Source: Candidatus Nealsonbacteria bacterium DGGOD1a
GTDB taxonomy: Bacteria > Patescibacteriota > Minisyncoccia > Minisyncoccales > UBA5738
Direction: 5' to 3'
NCBI GenBank assembly: GCA_022530585.1
Contig: CP092821.1
Location: 457,525-521,524 of the forward strand
DNA: 64,000 bases
Shown: piece after piece, positions 58,791 to 64,000 of the stretch
Position numbering within the stretch: position 1 is the stretch's first letter
How the letters are laid out: the number at the start of each line of letters is the position of its first letter
Notes under the pieces: generated by a model
What the model was told of the DNA's origin: nothing
Database searches by the model: none
Seen by the model: only the letters and a program-made list of their open reading frames with translations
Made by a program: the position numbers and the translations under genes

Positions 58791-60041
58791 ATGATTATGA
58801 ATTCGTTTCGGCCGATATCGATATCTTTGTCGCCCAACGCGCAAGCCGACGATATAAAGTTGGCGATTTCGGTTGGGCGCGATTCGGGATGTTGGCGCGA
58901 AGGCGCCGCGATCGCCGAATTGGAAGCGGAGTTTAAAAAATATCTGGGCGTAAAACACGCTTACTCCTTTAATAGCGGGCGTTCGTCGCTAATGGCGGTA
59001 TTGGACGCTCTGGAGCTTCCAAAGGGGTCGCAGGTGCTGTTGCAGGCGTTTACATGCAACGCGGCGGCCAATCCGATACGCTGGGCCGGGCTTGAGCCGC
59101 TGTTCGTCGATTGCGACCAAAATTACAATTTGTCCGCCGCGGATTTGAGGAAAAAAATCACAAAAAAATCCCGGGCGGTGATGGTGCAACACACTTTCGG
59201 CTTGCCCGCGGATATGGACGAAATCAAAAAAATTTGCGATGAGAATAATTTAATTCTTATAGAAGATTGCGCGCATTCGTTGGGCGCGGAATATAAAGGC
59301 GGCAAAGTCGGAACATTCGGCAAGGCTGCGTTTTTTTCTTTCGGCCGCGATAAAATGATTTCTTGCGTTTACGGCGGCATGGCCGTGACCAATGATGACG
59401 AATTGGCGCGAAAGATCGCGGCGTTTCAAGAAAAAGCCGGTTATCCGCCAAACGGCTGGATTCGCCAACAGCTGTTGCATCCGGTGTTGATGGATCGGCT
59501 GGTTTTGCCGGCATATTCAATTTTGGGCAGATATTTGCTGGTATTGTTTCAATGGTTCAATGTCTTGTCGAAAGCTATTCATTGGAAAGAAAAGCGGGGT
59601 TTGGCGCCGGATTATTTTCCCAAGCGTTTACCCAACGCGTTGGCGATTCTGGCGTTGAGACAATTCGGTAAATTGGAGATATTCAACGCGCATCGCCGCG
59701 AATTGGCCAAATTATATTATAATGAATTAAAGAACGGCGATTTTGTTTTACCGCCGAGATTAAACGACCGGAAAGCGGTTTATCTGCGCTTTGCCGTTCG
59801 ACACGCCGCCGCGGCCGAAATAATAAGAAAGTCATGGAAAAAAAATTTGCTGATTGGCGATTGGTATCGCACGCCGGTCGATCCGTTCGATACATTGCCG
59901 GAAACCGTGGGTTATAAAAAAGGCAGTTGTCCGACCGCCGAACGCTTCGCGGGGAAGATGATCAACTTGCCCACTCACATTAAAATTGGCGAGAAAGACG
60001 CAAGAATGATCGCGAAACATATAATTCAAAACCGCGAATGA
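58791..60041 (+). CDS. DegT/DnrJ/EryC1/StrS PLP-dependent aminotransferase
   Basis: NSGRSSL, QHTFG, IEDCAHSLGA, FSFGRDK, NLPTH. Confidence 0.9.
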   Translation: MIMNSFRPISISLSPNAQADDIKLAISVGRDSGCWREGAAIAELEAEFKKYLGVKHAYSFNSGRSSLMAVLDALELPKGSQVLLQAFTCNAAANPIRWAGLEPLFVDCDQNYNLSAADLRKKITKKSRAVMVQHTFGLPADMDEIKKICDENNLILIEDCAHSLGAEYKGGKVGTFGKAAFFSFGRDKMISCVYGGMAVTNDDELARKIAAFQEKAGYPPNGWIRQQLLHPVLMDRLVLPAYSILGRYLLVLFQWFNVLSKAIHWKEKRGLAPDYFPKRLPNALAILALRQFGKLEIFNAHRRELAKLYYNELKNGDFVLPPRLNDRKAVYLRFAVRHAAAAEIIRKSWKKNLLIGDWYRTPVDPFDTLPETVGYKKGSCPTAERFAGKMINLPTHIKIGEKDARMIAKHIIQNRE

Positions 60042-61069
60042 TCAAGGAAATCAACAATAAAGGCGAGTGGGAAAATTTTTTGGAAAAATGCGCGCGAAAA
60101 AGTTTTTTGAATTCTTGGGAGTGGGGCGAATTTCAGGCTGGGCAGGGGTTTAAAATTTTAAGGCTGGGGGCGGTGGATAACTCAAGGTTGATTGCTTTGG
60201 CGTTAGCGGTTAAAATAAAAGCGAAGCGGGGGACTTATATTTTAATACAGCATGGACCGAACATAATTGAAACAAATCCGGTTGCAATTCAAAAAATCCT
60301 TGATGAATTGTTTTTATGGTTGAAAGGATGGGCGAAAAAGGAAAATGCGTCGTTTATCCGTTGCGCGCCGTTATTTGAAAGAAACGAACGGAATCTGGAG
60401 ATATTTAAAAATTTGGGATTGCGCGAGGCGCCGATGCACGCAAACGCGTATGAAGCGACATGGAAACTGGATATCGACCGGCCGGAGGATGATTTGTTGA
60501 AAGAAATGCGCAAGACTACGCGCTATTTGATACGGCAGGCGCAAAAAAATCCCGATATCGCGGTCGGAAAAAGCGCGCTGGCAAAGGAAATCGAAATTTA
60601 CGGCGGGTTGAACGAAGAATTGGCGCGGCGGCAAAAATTCGTGGCTTTCAAAAAAGATTACATTGAGCGCGAATTCAACGCTTTTGCCAAAGACGGCCGG
60701 GCACTATGGTTTATCGGCCGCTACAAAGGCGAACCGGCGGCGGCGGCATTGGTGGTGTTCTGGTCCGGCGTCGCTTTTTACCATCAGGCGGCGTCGCGGA
60801 TGAAATTCGCGAAATATTCGATTCCGTATCTGCTGCAATGGGAAGCGATCAAAGAAGCCAAGGCGCGCGGATGCACGATATATGATTTTTGGGGTTACAC
60901 CGACCCCAAAGCCTTCCCGAAACATCCCTGGGCCGGCCCAACGCTGTTCAAAATGGGTTTTGGCGGCCGCGCTCACGAATATGTGAAAACCATGGATTTG
61001 CCGCTGTCGTGGAAGTATTGGCCAACTTACATATTTGAAGCGCTAAGAAAAATTAAGCGCGGATTGTAA
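60038..61069 (+). CDS. FemABX-family peptidoglycan bridge aminoacyltransferase
   Basis: SFLNSWEWG, MRKTTRYLIR, LQWEAIKEAKARG..YDFWG, FKMGFGG. Confidence 0.92.
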   Translation: MIKEINNKGEWENFLEKCARKSFLNSWEWGEFQAGQGFKILRLGAVDNSRLIALALAVKIKAKRGTYILIQHGPNIIETNPVAIQKILDELFLWLKGWAKKENASFIRCAPLFERNERNLEIFKNLGLREAPMHANAYEATWKLDIDRPEDDLLKEMRKTTRYLIRQAQKNPDIAVGKSALAKEIEIYGGLNEELARRQKFVAFKKDYIEREFNAFAKDGRALWFIGRYKGEPAAAALVVFWSGVAFYHQAASRMKFAKYSIPYLLQWEAIKEAKARGCTIYDFWGYTDPKAFPKHPWAGPTLFKMGFGGRAHEYVKTMDLPLSWKYWPTYIFEALRKIKRGL

Positions 61070-61198
61070 TAATATTCAATATTCAAACTTTCAATTTTCA
61101 AAAAAACAATATTCAAATAAATATCGCGGTTGTTTCGATTGTTGAATATTGATTATTTTTTGAAAATTGAAAATTGAGCGTTGGAAATTGGTTTCTTA

Positions 61199-62002
61199 AT
61201 GACCCGCCGTATTTATAAAAAACCCCATCGCGCCAAAAAACACAAGCCTTTGATCGCCAAAGCTTCGTTTTGGAGATCAATTTGCGTTTTCGCGGTGTTG
61301 TGCGGAAGCGTATGGCTGGTTTGCTTTTCGCCGGCGCTTGAAGTCAAGGATATCGAAGTGGCCGGGGCGGAGAAAGTCAGCGAGCAGGATTGTGCCAAAG
61401 TAATCCATGACGAAGTGAACAAGAAAATCGCGTTTCTCGATTCCAAGAGCATTCTTCTTTTCAATATGGAGCAAACCAAGAAAGAGTTGCTGGCGCGTTT
61501 TCCGCAAGTGCAGAACATCAAAATTGAACGGCAATTTCCTTCAAAGATAATCGCGTCGGTCGAGGAACGGAGCGGCGTGGCGATAATGGGCGACGGTTCG
61601 GGCAAGAAGTTTCTGGTTGACGGTAATGGCATTGCTTTCGAGGAGGTTTTCGAACAAAAAGAACTGTTGGAAATCAGCGTTGCCGCCGGTCGGCCGTTGA
61701 AAGTTGGCGATGAAGCGGTGTCAAAGGAAATGCTTTCGGGCATATTGCGGATTAAAGGCGATATGCTGGCGTCAAGCGGCATCAACACCGTTGGCGCGTC
61801 CATTGAAACTCCCGAACGGATCAATTTGCAAACTCAGGATGGTTGGTATGTTTATTTCAATCCCCTGAAGGATATCGACAGCCAGCTTTCAAAATTGGCC
61901 GCGGTGATCGGCGATGAATCGTTTAAAGCAAAAAAAGCCAATCTTGAATATCTGGATGTAAGATTTACGAGAGTGTACCTCAAGCAAAAAGTTGAAAATT
62001 GA
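61199..62002 (+). CDS. Cell division protein FtsQ/DivIB-like
   Basis: TM, POTRA (VKDIEVAG...IERQFPSKI..VEER), terminal YLDVRF. Confidence 0.85.
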   Translation: MTRRIYKKPHRAKKHKPLIAKASFWRSICVFAVLCGSVWLVCFSPALEVKDIEVAGAEKVSEQDCAKVIHDEVNKKIAFLDSKSILLFNMEQTKKELLARFPQVQNIKIERQFPSKIIASVEERSGVAIMGDGSGKKFLVDGNGIAFEEVFEQKELLEISVAAGRPLKVGDEAVSKEMLSGILRIKGDMLASSGINTVGASIETPERINLQTQDGWYVYFNPLKDIDSQLSKLAAVIGDESFKAKKANLEYLDVRFTRVYLKQKVEN

Positions 62003-62330
62003 AAAATCAAAACGGAAAATGACGGTAAAAAATTGCAAAATTTTAAATTCCGCATTTTTAAATTTTTACATCGTCATTTTGATATCTTGTATCTGCATTT
62101 TAAATTACCTTGAATTGCGAAACAGCGAATTTTGAAATCAATTTTCGGCGTAATCGCGGAAATTTGATTTCAAAATTCGCGCGGTTACCGCCGCCTTCGG
62201 TGAAAATTGACTTCCCAAAAGCTGAAGTCAAATTTCCCCAAACGCTAGTTTCGCAATTCAAGGTAAATTAAAAAGCGCCGGAAAAATAATCCGCGCTTTT
62301 TGTTTTTGCAAACCATCTATTAAAAGTTGG

Positions 62331-64000
62331 CTATTGAATATGGTACACGAAAATCGAATGGCCGATAATGGCGGCCGGTTTGTAGGCGCTTAGCCAGTCG
62401 TATTCGCCCGATGTCAGATTGTCGCCCGGTTTAACGCTTGCTCGTTGGCCTTGTAAAAATGTCGCGGAAACCGCCAAATAACCGCCCGGCGGCAATTCGG
62501 ATGGATTTTTTGAGCTCCACCAACCTTCGTATTTGTTGTCGAGATAGTATTTCGGATCCGCGCCGCCGAAATAATCGATGTAAATTTTATCAACTCCGTT
62601 TGTTTCCATCCACATTTTCAACCGTTTCAAGTCTTGGCCCCAGTCGGTGTTGGAATCAACCGCGATTTTATAGCCGTTGTTTGAACCGCCGGCGAATTCA
62701 TTATAATAGGCCAAAAAACTGGGATAGGCGGAGGCAATGGAAATTATTTGCCACGCGCAGAGAACGGCCACGAGCGCGTAACCCCATTTGACGCGGTTGG
62801 CGAAAGCGATTGCGCCGCCGGCGGCCAAAGCCATTGTGAACGGGAACGCCGGCATCAAATGGCGCACGCCGATGTTTAAATTTCCGGCGACACTGCTGGT
62901 CCAATAGATCGCGACAAACAGCAACATCGCGATTTGCGGCAGATATTTGTCAATAATTTCCCGGCTTTCCGCGGCCATATTTTTAAATCCGGATCGCGGT
63001 TTTTTTATTTTTGCCAACGCGTAAATCAGCGCGGTCAGCGTGAAAATATGGAACGGAACGGTTTCTTTGGCCAGATACATTGTCGGGAAATACGCTCGCC
63101 AGCTTTCTTTTGAAATTTGCCCCAGAAAATAAGTCGTGTTGCCGCCGGCAACGCGCTGGGTGACCATCATTACTCCCAAGAAATACTGGGCGTAGGGGCG
63201 CAGGATTGGCTTGTCCGCGGCCCAGACTATAGCCGCGGCCCCAAGCTTAAACCCGTGCGACGATAAAATGTCTTTTGAATCGCTCACTTGCCGCGCGGGC
63301 GGATAATTCCAAACATGAAATTGATAAACCGGTCCGATGACCAGGAAGCAAACCGCGAACGATACGAACAAAATCCGGAAGGCTTTTTTGAAACTGAACA
63401 TTCTCGCCAGCCAACAGATTCCGGCCAGCAGAATAAACATTGGAAACAAAAGAATCATCGAAAATTTCAGCAGCTCGGCGATTCCCAAGGCGATGCCCGA
63501 AATAACGATATTTTTCCAGCTTGGCGACTTTAGCGCTTTGACAAAATAATAGGTTGCCGCAAACGCGCCCAGAGCCGCGGCCACATCGGTCGTGACTAAA
63601 TGTCCGTGCGCCAGAAAAGTGGGCGAAAGAGCAAACAAGAACAAAGCCAGCAACGCGGCCGCGTTGCCGAAAAGTTCGCGCGTCCATTTAAAAAGACAGA
63701 ATCCCAATATCAATAATAGGCCGATCATGGGCAAGCGGCCGTAAAATATCATTTTATCGGCCGGGTTGTTCGAATCGAACAACAACGCTTGGCCGAAATC
63801 CCATTGGCCGTTGACCATCGTTGTCCAAGCCGTGGAATCATAGGGGAAATTGATCGCGCGCACGAAAAGAATTTGCCCGATTCCGGCCAGATCCTTGACC
63901 AGCGGCGGATGTTCGGGATTTATCCGCATATCCCGTTGCGCGATATAAGAATAACCGGCGGGAAGGTGGCTTTTTTCATCCATCGTCAGCGAATCGCCGC
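62331..64000 (-). CDS. GT39/ArnT-like membrane glycosyltransferase; 5' end beyond the window
   Basis: DEKSH..AG, NPEHPPLVK, LAHGHLVTTD, DSNTDWGQDL, many TMs. Confidence 0.88.
   Translation of the reverse strand, partial: GDSLTMDEKSHLPAGYSYIAQRDMRINPEHPPLVKDLAGIGQILFVRAINFPYDSTAWTTMVNGQWDFGQALLFDSNNPADKMIFYGRLPMIGLLLILGFCLFKWTRELFGNAAALLALFLFALSPTFLAHGHLVTTDVAAALGAFAATYYFVKALKSPSWKNIVISGIALGIAELLKFSMILLFPMFILLAGICWLARMFSFKKAFRILFVSFAVCFLVIGPVYQFHVWNYPPARQVSDSKDILSSHGFKLGAAAIVWAADKPILRPYAQYFLGVMMVTQRVAGGNTTYFLGQISKESWRAYFPTMYLAKETVPFHIFTLTALIYALAKIKKPRSGFKNMAAESREIIDKYLPQIAMLLFVAIYWTSSVAGNLNIGVRHLMPAFPFTMALAAGGAIAFANRVKWGYALVAVLCAWQIISIASAYPSFLAYYNEFAGGSNNGYKIAVDSNTDWGQDLKRLKMWMETNGVDKIYIDYFGGADPKYYLDNKYEGWWSSKNPSELPPGGYLAVSATFLQGQRASVKPGDNLTSGEYDWLSAYKPAAIIGHSIFVYHIQ

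Overview
Chromosomal window, most likely from a Patescibacteria (CPR, Parcubacteria-like) bacterium. This is an inference from the unlinked 23S-5S rRNA unit, rpsP-khpA-trmD with no rimM, a VirB4/TraG-like ATPase, an archaeal-type FAD synthase and the gene style. Core content: rnhB, rpmF-nusB-rnc, rpsP-khpA-trmD, tRNA-Tyr/Thr/Trp with rpmG, a MacAB-like ABC exporter, rplJ-rplL with an L10 leader, 23S+5S rRNA, mreC-mreD-mrdA, lysS, serS, and a Mur ligase/DegT/FemAB/FtsQ cluster. Accessory content: a secreted-protein locus (paralogous pair, Ig-like anchored protein, vWA+thrombospondin adhesin), a sortase, TA modules, IS200 tnpA and a REP-associated tyrosine transposase (RAYT). The most striking signal is non-coding. 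(1) Two four-helix-bundle genes, one frameshifted, sit beside inverted arrays of 6/7-mer tandem repeats, and many gene-less palindromes built from other heptamers fill the intergenic space. (2) A large set of GGT-NNN-ACC REP-like hairpins flanks the RAYT, brackets small cargo genes, nests inside MITE-like elements and inserts in-frame into coding genes. All protein calls come from motif recognition by eye; no database search was run.
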